A DNA stretch of 64,000 nt, from IMG/VR virus record IMGVR_UViG_3300010354_000002, positions 19,162-83,161 of that record; one strand, given 5' to 3'. The notes beneath the pieces are model-generated. The model worked only from the letters and a program-made list of their open reading frames with translations. It made no database searches and was not told the origin of the DNA. Source of the DNA: a virus. Of this stretch, positions 18,267 to 26,717 are shown piece after piece; positions within the stretch are counted from its first letter, which is position 1; every line of letters starts with the position of its first letter. Both the position numbers and the translations under genes were made by a program.

Positions 18267-18506
18267 TCACGGATTCTCCTCCCAGACGACTGTATCCGGG
18301 TCTACCAACTCCCATTTCTCCAGAATCGTCTCGCAATGCGGCTCCCAGAGACACCCTCCCCTCATGCCCGGTCTGCTGACCTGTGGCATCTCAACGATAT
18401 ATCCATGTTCGTTGATGCCGTACGCCCATCCAGCCCCGCGCAGCGACTTGGGTCGAAACCACTCTCCCGAGTAGACAGCCCGCTTGATGCATTTCCGCAT
18501 TGTCAT
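18267..18506 (-). CDS. Divergent Tad2/DUF2829-like protein, copy 1
   Basis: MTMRKCIKRAVYSGEWFR...WEP..ETILEKWELV. Confidence 0.5.
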   Translation of the reverse strand: MTMRKCIKRAVYSGEWFRPKSLRGAGWAYGINEHGYIVEMPQVSRPGMRGGCLWEPHCETILEKWELVDPDTVVWEENP

Positions 18507-18970
18507 TTAGTACCCGTGCTCCCAAACCCGCCATTGCCACGTTCCGTGGCATCAAGTTCCTCAACAAGCGTCAATTCAGCAATCAGAATAGGCGTCAGCA
18601 CCATTTGGGCAATTCGGTCGCCTCGCACCATTATGAACGGCTTGTCACTTGTGTTGTGCATGATTACCTTGATCTCGCCCCGGTAGTCGGAATCAATTGT
18701 TCCCGGCGAGTTCAGGACATGTACGCCATGTCTGTATGCCAACCCACTCCGAGATCTAATCTGAATTTCGGTCTGCCTTGGCAAACCAGCAAGCCTGATT
18801 CCTGTCGGAATTGCCTTCGTTTCGTGTGGCTCCAAAACACAAGAATCCGATGCCCTGATGTCCATTCCTGAACTACCGGGTGTCTCGTAGGATGGCAACC
18901 CGTAGAGGTTGACCATCTCCTTGTCCATCTGGATGAGTATGTTCATCATCCCTGATTTGCGGTTGCTCAT
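18503..18970 (-). CDS. dut: Trimeric dUTPase
   Basis: SGMDI, RSRSGLA, NSPGTIDSDYRGE, GDRIAQ, RGNGGFGSTG. Confidence 0.97.
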   Translation of the reverse strand: MSNRKSGMMNILIQMDKEMVNLYGLPSYETPGSSGMDIRASDSCVLEPHETKAIPTGIRLAGLPRQTEIQIRSRSGLAYRHGVHVLNSPGTIDSDYRGEIKVIMHNTSDKPFIMVRGDRIAQMVLTPILIAELTLVEELDATERGNGGFGSTGTK

Positions 18971-19614
18971 TACTCCCCTTTCGTCTGTAGATGGCGTACG
19001 GCCTTTTTCAGACGTGACTCGTATGCATCCTGATCGCTTCGGTCGTACTTGGGCTTGTTGGCGGCTTCCCTCTTTTCCCGTTCCCATTTATCATTTTCGG
19101 CTTTGATGATCCTGCACGCCTTGCGAGCCTCGTAATCAGACAGTTTCAACAGTGGCCGAAGCAGAATCTGATCAAACGGTCCGCCATGGTCCTTGCTTGG
19201 GAACTCTTCAAGCCATGCTGGTAGTTCCTCCGACCCTGCGGCCTGCCCAAGCATAGGCTGCGAAGGCGACTCAAGTTGCCTGTTGGCCGGTGGGGCCGGG
19301 GCGATCACATGGCGGCGAACATCTGCTTCGTTTCCCGCCATTACCTGCATCCTGTACACCTCGCGAACCTTGTTCTCAAGGGCGTCCCATTTGGGTCGAA
19401 ACTGGCTGTTTCGGATGAAAAACATTACCTGCCAACCCTCGGCATTCCATCCTGTGCCGTGCGAGTCCCTAAACCGAATCCCCCGGTCGCTGATCCGCTT
19501 GCACAGTTCGATCAATAGCCGCCATGCCTCTTCGTCCACATCGCACCATTCAGGGCCGGGAGCATGTTCCATTAGTTTGCGGATCTCCGTGCAGAATGCA
19601 CGGATGTCATTCAT
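18970..19614 (-). CDS. Hypothetical replication-region protein
   Basis: Coupled to both neighbours. Confidence 0.6.
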   Translation of the reverse strand: MNDIRAFCTEIRKLMEHAPGPEWCDVDEEAWRLLIELCKRISDRGIRFRDSHGTGWNAEGWQVMFFIRNSQFRPKWDALENKVREVYRMQVMAGNEADVRRHVIAPAPPANRQLESPSQPMLGQAAGSEELPAWLEEFPSKDHGGPFDQILLRPLLKLSDYEARKACRIIKAENDKWEREKREAANKPKYDRSDQDAYESRLKKAVRHLQTKGE

Positions 19615-19874
19615 TTCCCGCATATACGCTTTGACTTCTTGAACTCATCAACATCCAAAGCGGAAATGCAGTTGTTCGCCAACACGCCTAAATCGGCGCG
19701 AGTCAGTCGCATCTGTTGCGTTTGGCGTGCAAACGATTGCGCTTGCGGATTATGTGGCTCTTCCGCAACCCAGTGTTTGCCTAGTGCCTCCAAATCACGA
19801 ATTGCCACACATATGCTTGTGGTTATCTGGGAAACCTCCAACAACCTACCGCGTACGATATCTCTGTTCTTCAT
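19611..19874 (-). CDS. Hypothetical protein
   Basis: AGGAGG RBS and own promoter. Confidence 0.7.
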   Translation of the reverse strand: MKNRDIVRGRLLEVSQITTSICVAIRDLEALGKHWVAEEPHNPQAQSFARQTQQMRLTRADLGVLANNCISALDVDEFKKSKRICGK

Positions 19875-19931
19875 ATCAACCTCCTGCGCTATGGCGCAAA
19901 CAACACTATCGCAATACCACTATGTTGTCAA
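19875..19931 (-). promoter_or_regulatory. Promoter overlapping the stop codon of the replication gene
   Basis: TTGACA(19926-19931)-17-TAGTGT(19903-19908); TGCGC-CATA-GCGCA hairpin. Confidence 0.7.
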
Positions 19932-20896
19932 GCGTCTGGGCTGAACGAAAGCGCATGGATTACGCCGTCCTGTGCGTTGTCCACCCAGTCAATCCCGTCC
20001 AACAATCGTAGCCGTATGTCCCATTCAACGTGCGAGATGATCTTTCGCTGATCTTCGTCCGAAAGGACAAGGAAACTCGCCTGATCGCCTCGCAATGCGT
20101 TCATCCGGGCACGCTTGAGGCCGTTCGCTTCAGCCGTCGCAATCTTCTGTGCCTTGGTTGGTTCGGCTTGCTTGGCTTGCTCCTCAAGGAGCGCATCAAA
20201 ATGCCCAACGACGCTGCGGAACGTAACCATCGCTGGACTAGACCACCGCTGAAGGGCATTGCGGGTGGCAGCGGCAACTTCGGCTGGGGTCCGTCTCGCC
20301 TCAATCAGATAGTCCAGTTCGGCACGGAACTTGTCCAGTACGGACAGAGGGAACCTCTCGCCAACAATGTGGCGTGCTGTCGAGAATGCACGGTACAGGG
20401 CTTTTCGATCCGGGGTGTACTCGTGCTCGTCCTGATCGTTATCGGGCCTAGGTAAGCCTTCTAGTATAGTTTTACGTTGTAGATTACTATCTATTTCATT
20501 TCGTCTATTTATGTGCGCCAAATTTGACACTGGGGGGGCGTCAAATTTGCTCCCCCCCGTGTCGTTTTTGACGCTGGGGGCGAAGTCTGCTGGAGTGCAC
20601 ACGACGACCTCGTTTGTCCTTTGTGCGCCGTCCTCCGAAAAGCGATTTGAACGTTGGATCAGGCCAAGGGATTCCAGTTCGTCGTTGGCCCTGTCAAGGG
20701 TCCGGAGCGAGCAACCGACCATCTCCGACAGCCGCTTGCGACTCGGAAATACACAGTTCCCAGACCATGCATGCGACTTATAGGCAAGCCAAAGCAGACG
20801 TGCCGCCATTGAAATTTCAGCGTCGAACATGACACTGTTGTGTGCTACCGTCCACGGCTCTTGCGTGGACAAACGTACATTGGTAACGTCTTGCAT
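19928..20896 (-). CDS. Replication initiator (HTH_36, lambda O-like organisation)
   Basis: ARLLW...VFPSRKRLSEMVGCSLRTLDRA..EL...GLI.R...GAQRTN; internal repeats. Confidence 0.85.
   Translation of the reverse strand: MQDVTNVRLSTQEPWTVAHNSVMFDAEISMAARLLWLAYKSHAWSGNCVFPSRKRLSEMVGCSLRTLDRANDELESLGLIQRSNRFSEDGAQRTNEVVVCTPADFAPSVKNDTGGSKFDAPPVSNLAHINRRNEIDSNLQRKTILEGLPRPDNDQDEHEYTPDRKALYRAFSTARHIVGERFPLSVLDKFRAELDYLIEARRTPAEVAAATRNALQRWSSPAMVTFRSVVGHFDALLEEQAKQAEPTKAQKIATAEANGLKRARMNALRGDQASFLVLSDEDQRKIISHVEWDIRLRLLDGIDWVDNAQDGVIHALSFSPDA
20460..20585. repeat. Iteron-like repeats and AT-rich tract within initiator gene (candidate origin)
   Basis: TTTGAC(A/G)CTGGGGG twice, CAAATTTG palindrome twice, G/C homopolymer runs, adjacent AT-rich 20460-20510. 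Confidence 0.55.
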
Positions 20897-20909
20897 TCTG
20901 TCCTGCCAT

Positions 20910-21014
20910 AAAAATCAATCCCCTCCCAGCGGAAAGGATAAAACACTAGGAGGGGAGAACCACGGCGCGGAAAGGAGGAAACACGCCGTAGTATGTAGGC
21001 CGCCAACGGTGGCC
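20910..21014 (-). ncRNA. Structured RNA with two anti-SD-like loops
   Basis: 10-bp stem with loop UUUCCUCCUUUC; 13-bp stem with loop UUUUAUCCUUUC, then a U-rich tail; G-U pairs favour the - strand. Confidence 0.6.
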
Positions 21015-21024
21015 GATATTGTTA

Positions 21025-21297
21025 TCAGCGTTTCTTGGCTGCTGGACTGGCAACCGCAACAGGCTCAGGGCGGGGATCAAGGTACACCACGTGTGCGTTC
21101 GTCCAGTCGCCGTCAGGCATCCTCCACGGCGTAGTGTCTGCCGTCAGAGCCTTCCAGCAGTCCTCCGAGGCACGAAACTCATCGGACAAAAAAGCGCAGA
21201 CCGAGAGCGATTGACTCTGCAGCGCTTTATAGGACTCGCAAAGTTCCTCCACCGACTTCACGTCATTCAGATGGACGTTGAAACGTCGTTCAATCAT
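21025..21297 (-). CDS. Hypothetical protein
   Basis: GGAGG RBS. Confidence 0.65.
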   Translation of the reverse strand: MIERRFNVHLNDVKSVEELCESYKALQSQSLSVCAFLSDEFRASEDCWKALTADTTPWRMPDGDWTNAHVVYLDPRPEPVAVASPAAKKR

Positions 21298-21421
21298 GCC
21301 AATCCTCCATATCGGGATGATCCCGTTGTTCCCACCAGCCAGCCACCCTGATCACACATGCGATCAGGATGGCCAGCGCAACGATTGGTACGGCGATAAC
21401 TGCCATGGCTAAGTTATACAT
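21290..21421 (-). CDS. Small TM protein (not in ORF track)
   Basis: MYNLAMAVIAVPIVALAILIACVIRVAG..., 43 aa, coupled on both sides. Confidence 0.55.
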   Translation of the reverse strand: MYNLAMAVIAVPIVALAILIACVIRVAGWWEQRDHPDMEDWHD

Positions 21422-21983
21422 CCTTATCCAGAGTTTTGATTTTGGCTATGGTATAGCCGTCTTCGATCACGAAGCCGCTTGGGCAACGCCCCTCGGCAAT
21501 CCATTCCTTTGTCGGCAATTGGCTGATCAGAACCTTCTTGGTAACCTTTACAGCCTCGGGCACGTTTTGCTCTGCCCAAGCAATCGCATCTCCCTCGGCG
21601 TCGTTGATGGCAACGCTCTGCCCTCGCGTGACAAACGAGATCGTGCCGAACGGGGTTTTGTGCGTCTTGGATGCGTATGAGCCATCGGCCTTTCGGGGCA
21701 ACAGGCTATCGGCGACGTGCTTGGCCTGTTGCTCGTAACGCTCAAGCCACCAATCACGTTTCCGCTCGCGTTCAACAATGATCTTCTCCGCATTTGCGAT
21801 AATCGTTTGCAACTCGGCTTTTGCCGCCGCCACATCCGACTCATACCGCAACAGGCGACGCATGAAAACAAGCAAATCATCTTCGGTCTGAACGCCGGTG
21901 GCGTCCAATGCGCCGTCTACTGGCCCAGCGTACTCGCCGGTCTCCTCGTCCCACAAATCCTCTCCAATCCGTACGATTCCCAT
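21414..21983 (-). CDS. Mu Gam / siphovirus gp157-like nuclease inhibitor
   Basis: DEETGE N-terminus, coiled coil, KTHKTPFGTISF. Confidence 0.75.
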   Translation of the reverse strand: MGIVRIGEDLWDEETGEYAGPVDGALDATGVQTEDDLLVFMRRLLRYESDVAAAKAELQTIIANAEKIIVERERKRDWWLERYEQQAKHVADSLLPRKADGSYASKTHKTPFGTISFVTRGQSVAINDAEGDAIAWAEQNVPEAVKVTKKVLISQLPTKEWIAEGRCPSGFVIEDGYTIAKIKTLDKDV

Positions 21984-21984
21984 C

Positions 21985-22551
21985 TTATTTCCCTTCCTTC
22001 GTCAGTTTTACAATCAGATCCTGAAGTGTCTGTGCATTCACCGGGCGGTCTTTCAGCATCATCTTGACCACCTTGTTCTGCTCCGCATGATCATCCGCTT
22101 TTGCAAGGCCCTGCTCCACAATCAGCGTGCGAACTGCCTGAGCCAACCGTTGAACATCTTCCTTCTTGTCCGGCTCGGCAGCCCGTGTCCGTTGCACCGG
22201 CGCATCTGCCAATCGGTCTCGCTCGTCCAGTTCGTCTGCCATGAACTGTGTCCCGTATCCCGCAATCCCTAGTGCTCGTCCAATGGCACCGGTCTCGCAT
22301 TTCTCCAAAAAGTCGGGGAAGTCCTTGCGCGATTCCTGCTTGGTGCCAGTGGCTAAAAGGTTGCCGTCGGCGTCGTAGACCGATGCGCGGCAGACGGCAA
22401 ATCCGCCCTCTATGTCAATCTGAAGAAAATCAGATTCAATCCGTCCCCCGGGGTGTGCATTTCGGAACCACACCAACCTGAACGCTACGGGCAGATAATC
22501 CTTGCCCTTGAGTTTCATAACTCCAACCTTGACGCTATCTGGTATCTGCAT
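21985..22551 (-). CDS. Rad52/Sak-like ssDNA annealing recombinase
   Basis: KGKDYLPV..RL.WFR...ATG...EKCETGAIGRAL..AGYG; start ATG 22551 after CAGGAG. Confidence 0.8.
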   Translation of the reverse strand: MQIPDSVKVGVMKLKGKDYLPVAFRLVWFRNAHPGGRIESDFLQIDIEGGFAVCRASVYDADGNLLATGTKQESRKDFPDFLEKCETGAIGRALGIAGYGTQFMADELDERDRLADAPVQRTRAAEPDKKEDVQRLAQAVRTLIVEQGLAKADDHAEQNKVVKMMLKDRPVNAQTLQDLIVKLTKEGK

Positions 22552-22626
22552 TCTCTGTTCTCCTGTGCGAAGACCCCGTAGCCGGGGCCACGAGGTCTTT
22601 GTACCATGCGTTGACAAAACTGTCAA
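22552..22626 (-). promoter_or_regulatory. Promoter with palindromic -35 (TTGACA-N4-TGTCAA) and leader hairpin
   Basis: Inverted repeat 22611-22626; TTGACA-17-TACAAA; CCCCG-GCTA-CGGGG. Confidence 0.55.
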
Positions 22627-22636
22627 ATCGCAAACA

Positions 22637-22927
22637 CTACCCCTTGTTACGCTTGATATTGGTCGGGATGGTCTTGCATTGCAGCGTCTTGATCGGCGCA
22701 ATGCCGACAATCTGCAATTCGACCAAAAACGCCTCTTGATCTTCACGCAGGTCGTCAAACGCATGGCGTATGCAACTGCCGATCACGCTAGATCGAATTT
22801 CGTCCACGGTATGCGAAGCGAGCATCTGCCGTGCCGATCCCTTGCCGTCCTTGTTCGTGCTCTCGATAAACGACTCAGCGAACTCATGCACCTCGCTGTC
22901 AGCAAGATTCGACATGGTAATAACCAT
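22637..22927 (-). CDS. Hypothetical protein
   Basis: ORF in early operon; start uncertain. Confidence 0.5.
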   Translation of the reverse strand: MVITMSNLADSEVHEFAESFIESTNKDGKGSARQMLASHTVDEIRSSVIGSCIRHAFDDLREDQEAFLVELQIVGIAPIKTLQCKTIPTNIKRNKG

Positions 22928-22938
22928 GCCCAGCCATT

Positions 22939-23130
22939 TCAGCCCAATCGGTATCTGAAACCGAGTTTCTGGTATCTCTTCCAACGTTCCATCCTTTCTT
23001 CGTATCCCGGTGCTTCATGTCTGCCGTGCGGAGACCGGTCATCCATTGCACGGGCGAGTCTTGCGTTGTCGGACGCCTGCTGTAGCACCCACAACTCGGC
23101 ATAGCCTAGTGCGCAATCCTGTGTTTTCAT
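22939..23130 (-). CDS. Hypothetical protein
   Basis: GAGG RBS; ATGA coupling. Confidence 0.55.
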   Translation of the reverse strand: MKTQDCALGYAELWVLQQASDNARLARAMDDRSPHGRHEAPGYEERMERWKRYQKLGFRYRLG

Positions 23131-23336
23131 AATTTCCTCTTGCCGGATGGTAATCCTTCGCGGCGTGCCAATTCGCTAAAACAATAAGCGACCTCGTCAA
23201 GGTAGTAGTCTGTGTTGATCCCCTCTGGATTCGCCTTGGCCGCCTCAGCGGCGTCTCGGGCAATCCACTTGATCCGATCCGACGACAACCGTCGCAGAAA
23301 GCGTTGGTACATAGCGTGGTCCATTACTTTCCGCAT
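23127..23336 (-). CDS. Small conserved phage protein (DA.EA..A.P...YYLDEV..C..EL.RR)
   Basis: GGAGG RBS before ATG 23336. Confidence 0.7.
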   Translation of the reverse strand: MRKVMDHAMYQRFLRRLSSDRIKWIARDAAEAAKANPEGINTDYYLDEVAYCFSELARREGLPSGKRKL

Positions 23337-23734
23337 TGATATCGCCTCCATTCGTTCACATCGAACGTCCATTGCTCTGCCTGATTCTGCAAAAATATGC
23401 GCGTTTCAGACTCGTTGCCGAATCGTGCCACATTGTTGTTGCCGTCCCACACGGTTTCGTACGCTGCGCTGATCCGTGTGATTTCGTCTGCATGGTTGCG
23501 CAGGAAATCAACAGCAGACGCATGCGCTCGCAGGTTCGGCCTGTCAACCAGCAAGACATGGCCATGGAACTCACGGAACGTCGAAGTGCCAGCAGGGCTG
23601 TACCCTACGATGATGCTTTTGGTGTCCCAGCAAAATGCGATGGTGGGCACCTCTTGGCGCACTTTGTTTTTTGCGTCGCCACTGTAGGTCTCAAACTCCA
23701 CCTTGAGATCGCCGATCAAAATCTGTTTAGCCAA
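23324..23734 (-). CDS. Early protein (VWDGNN family), TTG start
   Basis: AAGGAG-7 nt-TTG; own promoter. Confidence 0.7.
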   Translation of the reverse strand: MAKQILIGDLKVEFETYSGDAKNKVRQEVPTIAFCWDTKSIIVGYSPAGTSTFREFHGHVLLVDRPNLRAHASAVDFLRNHADEITRISAAYETVWDGNNNVARFGNESETRIFLQNQAEQWTFDVNEWRRYQCGK

Positions 23735-23802
23735 TGTCTTTCTCCTTGCGGGGTATTCTGCCCCGACACCAAGATGATACCGGGGCTGTACGGGGTTGTC
23801 AA
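23735..23802 (-). promoter_or_regulatory. Early promoter with GTGTC...AGAA leader
   Basis: TTGACA(23797-23802)-17-TATCAT(23774-23779). Confidence 0.85.
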
Positions 23803-23805
23803 TGG

Positions 23806-24030
23806 TTACGGCAAATTTGTCCCAGTGTATTCGGCACCGGCAATCCAGCCATCCAGCCATAGGGATGCTTCCCTGATTCCCAACGCCTTGCCTACATGGT
23901 TGCCGCTGTGGTAATCAGACGGGCCGAGGTGGAAGCGGTAACGAATGACGCCGTCACCGGGCCTCCACTCGGTGACATACAGCCCGGCTCGTTGCGCTCG
24001 GGCAAGCAATTCAGTCTTGGTAACTCGCAT
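23806..24030 (-). CDS. Small early protein (PGDG..RYRF family)
   Basis: AAGGAG RBS; preceded by 12-bp UUCG hairpin 24050-24077. Confidence 0.75.
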   Translation of the reverse strand: MRVTKTELLARAQRAGLYVTEWRPGDGVIRYRFHLGPSDYHSGNHVGKALGIREASLWLDGWIAGAEYTGTNLP

Positions 24031-24085
24031 GATTTGTTCTCCTTGATTTGCCGGGAGATGGCGAACCACCTCCCGGCTACAGTGA

Positions 24086-24445
24086 CTATCGGTAGTTCGT
24101 AGGGTTGTGAACTTGGTGGGACAACCGCAACGCTTCATGGTACGCAAGGGCGGCATTGAACCCAATCTCTGCCTCTTTGGCCAAACGGCGCAAGGCAGCC
24201 TTCTTCTTGGCGTCAGTAGCGGCGGTGTTGTGTGCCACAACCTCGTCGTCGCAAGCCTTCAGGTACGCTTTTACAAACTGAAACACGGATTCACTGAGAA
24301 TGCTATCTGCCGCAAAGTTGGCCATTTGAAGGTGGAAATTGGCCGACTCAGGACTCTTGACAGCGTGTTGCGCAACGCCCTTCAGATTGCGCACAACCTT
24401 GAACAACGGCTCCACAGACGAGCCAAGCGAGTGCTTGTTATCCAT
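24086..24445 (-). CDS. Hypothetical early protein
   Basis: AAGGAG RBS before ATG 24445; first gene of leftward operon. Confidence 0.75.
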   Translation of the reverse strand: MDNKHSLGSSVEPLFKVVRNLKGVAQHAVKSPESANFHLQMANFAADSILSESVFQFVKAYLKACDDEVVAHNTAATDAKKKAALRRLAKEAEIGFNAALAYHEALRLSHQVHNPTNYR

Positions 24446-24605
24446 CGTAATTCTCCTTTGCAAGGGCGTTCTGCCCTGACACGACCATGTTACTACCAGT
24501 TCCCGGCGTTGTCAAGCCCAAAGAAAAAAAAGATTGGGCCTTGACAACATGGGCAGGCGGTTGTATCATTCAGCCGTCCCCGCACTACGGGGCAAGGAGA
24601 ACCCA
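24446..24605. promoter_or_regulatory. Back-to-back divergent early promoters
   Basis: Leftward TTGACA(24510-24515)-17-TAACAT; rightward TTGACA(24541-24546)-17-TATCAT; shared central A-tract. Confidence 0.9.
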
Positions 24606-25088
24606 ATGCATAGCCTACATCTGACACCCGAGCAAGCCGAGCGAATCGGCGAGGTCTCGAACGGTACGTTGCGCACCCGAGATCTGTTGCAACGTTTTAC
24701 AATTGCGTTGACTGCTGTTGTCAACTTGCTGACGACTCCCGAGACCGAAGGCTTCGTTGAAATCGTCGTCAATCGCATCCAGTTGGAAAACATCAAAAAG
24801 TTCATTGACAGCACCGATCCGTCCGATGCATATTTTGAAAACAACCAAGAGCATCAGGACGAGGCGTCGCAATGGATTGACCTGCTCTACGACTACCTCA
24901 ACGGATTTGCGCCCGAGGGCTGGTATTTTGGATCGCATGAGGGCGACGGCGCGTGCTTCGGCTACTGGCAGTTAAGCGAGGACAGTGAAGCCGACCATGA
25001 ACTGGTACGAGCAGATCCTAGGCAATGTCATTCCGAATACGAACCCGTATGGGCTGATCCACGCGAAGGTTATCCCGAAGGGCTGTAG
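24606..25088 (+). CDS. Conserved early protein (APEG.YFG.HEGDG..FG.W family)
   Basis: AAGGAG RBS; recognisable phage motif. Confidence 0.8.
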   Translation: MHSLHLTPEQAERIGEVSNGTLRTRDLLQRFTIALTAVVNLLTTPETEGFVEIVVNRIQLENIKKFIDSTDPSDAYFENNQEHQDEASQWIDLLYDYLNGFAPEGWYFGSHEGDGACFGYWQLSEDSEADHELVRADPRQCHSEYEPVWADPREGYPEGL

Positions 25089-25096
25089 GAAAAACC

Positions 25097-25474
25097 ATGA
25101 AGACAATCATCCCGCCTAAATCTTCAGTTGGAACCATCGTCATTGATGGCGTCGCCACGGACTTCCACGTGGCGACGACCATGGGCGACTATGACACCGA
25201 TCAGGGCTACAACCATTACATTGCCTGCCATTGCCGTGAGGAGGGCTACCAACCCGTAGTCAATGCGCAGCCACGATCAACCTTCATCGAAGCCGAGGCC
25301 GATGCGCTAAACACGATTGTGCGCTACGGACAAATGATTGAAATGCAGTCGGAACTTGCAGTTCACCATGTCAGGTTCGTGGTGCTTCAAAACGAAATCG
25401 CCAACATCAAGATCGTTCAAGTGCGACTTGAAACAACAGAAAGCGAAGAGGAAAAAAACAATGACCTTCGGTAA
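25097..25474 (+). CDS. Hypothetical early protein
   Basis: AGGA RBS; in operon. Confidence 0.7.
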   Translation: MKTIIPPKSSVGTIVIDGVATDFHVATTMGDYDTDQGYNHYIACHCREEGYQPVVNAQPRSTFIEAEADALNTIVRYGQMIEMQSELAVHHVRFVVLQNEIANIKIVQVRLETTESEEEKNNDLR

Positions 25475-25793
25475 TTTTGAACTGAATAGTGACCAGTATG
25501 GTTTGATTCCGTCACACACATTGCATGCTCTGGAGCAGTTCCTGAGCGATGGGCAACCGGTCGGCGGGTTTCTGACGGCGGTGCTGGACAACGACCTCAA
25601 AAATGCAATCGGGCGGGCCGACCGGGAAAACCTGTCGGCCTTGGAGCAGATCGTAAAGTTGATCTACAACTACTTCCCCGCTTTCTTCTTGCGGGAGAAC
25701 TCCGTGGATGACTACCTCAATCAGGAGGCACGTTACACACTAGGCGCAAATGGTGCCATCATCCGCGCAAACATCAAGGAGGTTGCGGTATGA
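25461..25793 (+). CDS. Conserved early protein (G.FL.AVL.NDL..A..RAD..N family)
   Basis: GAGG RBS; motif. Confidence 0.8.
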   Translation: MTFGNFELNSDQYGLIPSHTLHALEQFLSDGQPVGGFLTAVLDNDLKNAIGRADRENLSALEQIVKLIYNYFPAFFLRENSVDDYLNQEARYTLGANGAIIRANIKEVAV

Positions 25794-26167
25794 CCCTCAA
25801 AATCCCACTAGACGTGCAACACAAATACGGTTTGGCATTGTGCCAATCCATTGTGCAGTCGTACAAACGACGACCAGCCGAGGATAGGCTAGACGACAGT
25901 CCAGTCGCCCACGTCGTAGCCAAACTGTCAAACAACGAGATTGGCATACTAGTAGACGTGACTCCGCAATGGTGGGACGATCTTGTACTAGTTGACGTGG
26001 AGGTCACGACACACGCCGCCTACGGTTTGCGCACCATGCTAATTGAAATGATCAATGCACGGCTTCGTCAGGCCGATCTATGGGTGGACACCGACGAAGG
26101 AGTAGTACTACCGGAAGATCTGTACGAGAGGCTTTTCCCGGGCACAGAGGTTGCAAGCGATGGCTAA
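25790..26167 (+). CDS. Hypothetical early protein
   Basis: AGGAGG RBS; ATGA coupling. Confidence 0.7.
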   Translation: MTLKIPLDVQHKYGLALCQSIVQSYKRRPAEDRLDDSPVAHVVAKLSNNEIGILVDVTPQWWDDLVLVDVEVTTHAAYGLRTMLIEMINARLRQADLWVDTDEGVVLPEDLYERLFPGTEVASDG

Positions 26168-26405
26168 TATTGAAGAGATTTCGGAAACATTTCGGACACT
26201 GACCAAGCAGGCGTTCGACTGCCTTGCCAAGGACACTGATGCATACGGCGATCTACGTCATCGTTGGGAAGACGATTGGGTTCCCAATGTCCTGTATGCG
26301 CAACAAGAGACAAACGCAACTCCGGCTTCTGCCGGTCATGCAATCTTTTTCGCCGCCTATTGCGTGGAGGCAGCACTAAGGCAATTTGAGGAGTTGGTGC
26401 GATGA
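26160..26405 (+). CDS. Hypothetical early protein
   Basis: GAGG RBS; coupled. Confidence 0.65.
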   Translation: MANIEEISETFRTLTKQAFDCLAKDTDAYGDLRHRWEDDWVPNVLYAQQETNATPASAGHAIFFAAYCVEAALRQFEELVR

Positions 26406-26668
26406 GATGTTATGCGGTTTTCTACGGTGGTGGCTCGTACAGCCACCCTTATGCCGATGAAGCGGAAGAGTTTCAGTCGCTCGCTGCCGTGAAGCGCAAG
26501 TACGCCGATGCTTTACGTGGACGTGATCGCCGGTATCCTTGTGTGGATGAAAACGCCCGTGTAACGGTATGGTTTTACGATCCCACAGCGGACGATGTGC
26601 GCGATCCGTATCCCGATGCAATGATTCGCGTGGGCAAGCGTGATGGGTTGCGCGTTGACAGGGTGTAA
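26402..26668 (+). CDS. Conserved early protein (YGG.SY...E.F.SL...YPD...G.R.G family)
   Basis: GAGGAG RBS; ATGA coupling. Confidence 0.75.
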   Translation: MRCYAVFYGGGSYSHPYADEAEEFQSLAAVKRKYADALRGRDRRYPCVDENARVTVWFYDPTADDVRDPYPDAMIRVGKRDGLRVDRV

Positions 26669-26717
26669 GATCAGGCCGAGTTTGTTGTGGCGTATACTTG
26701 AAAGGTGAGGTGAACTG

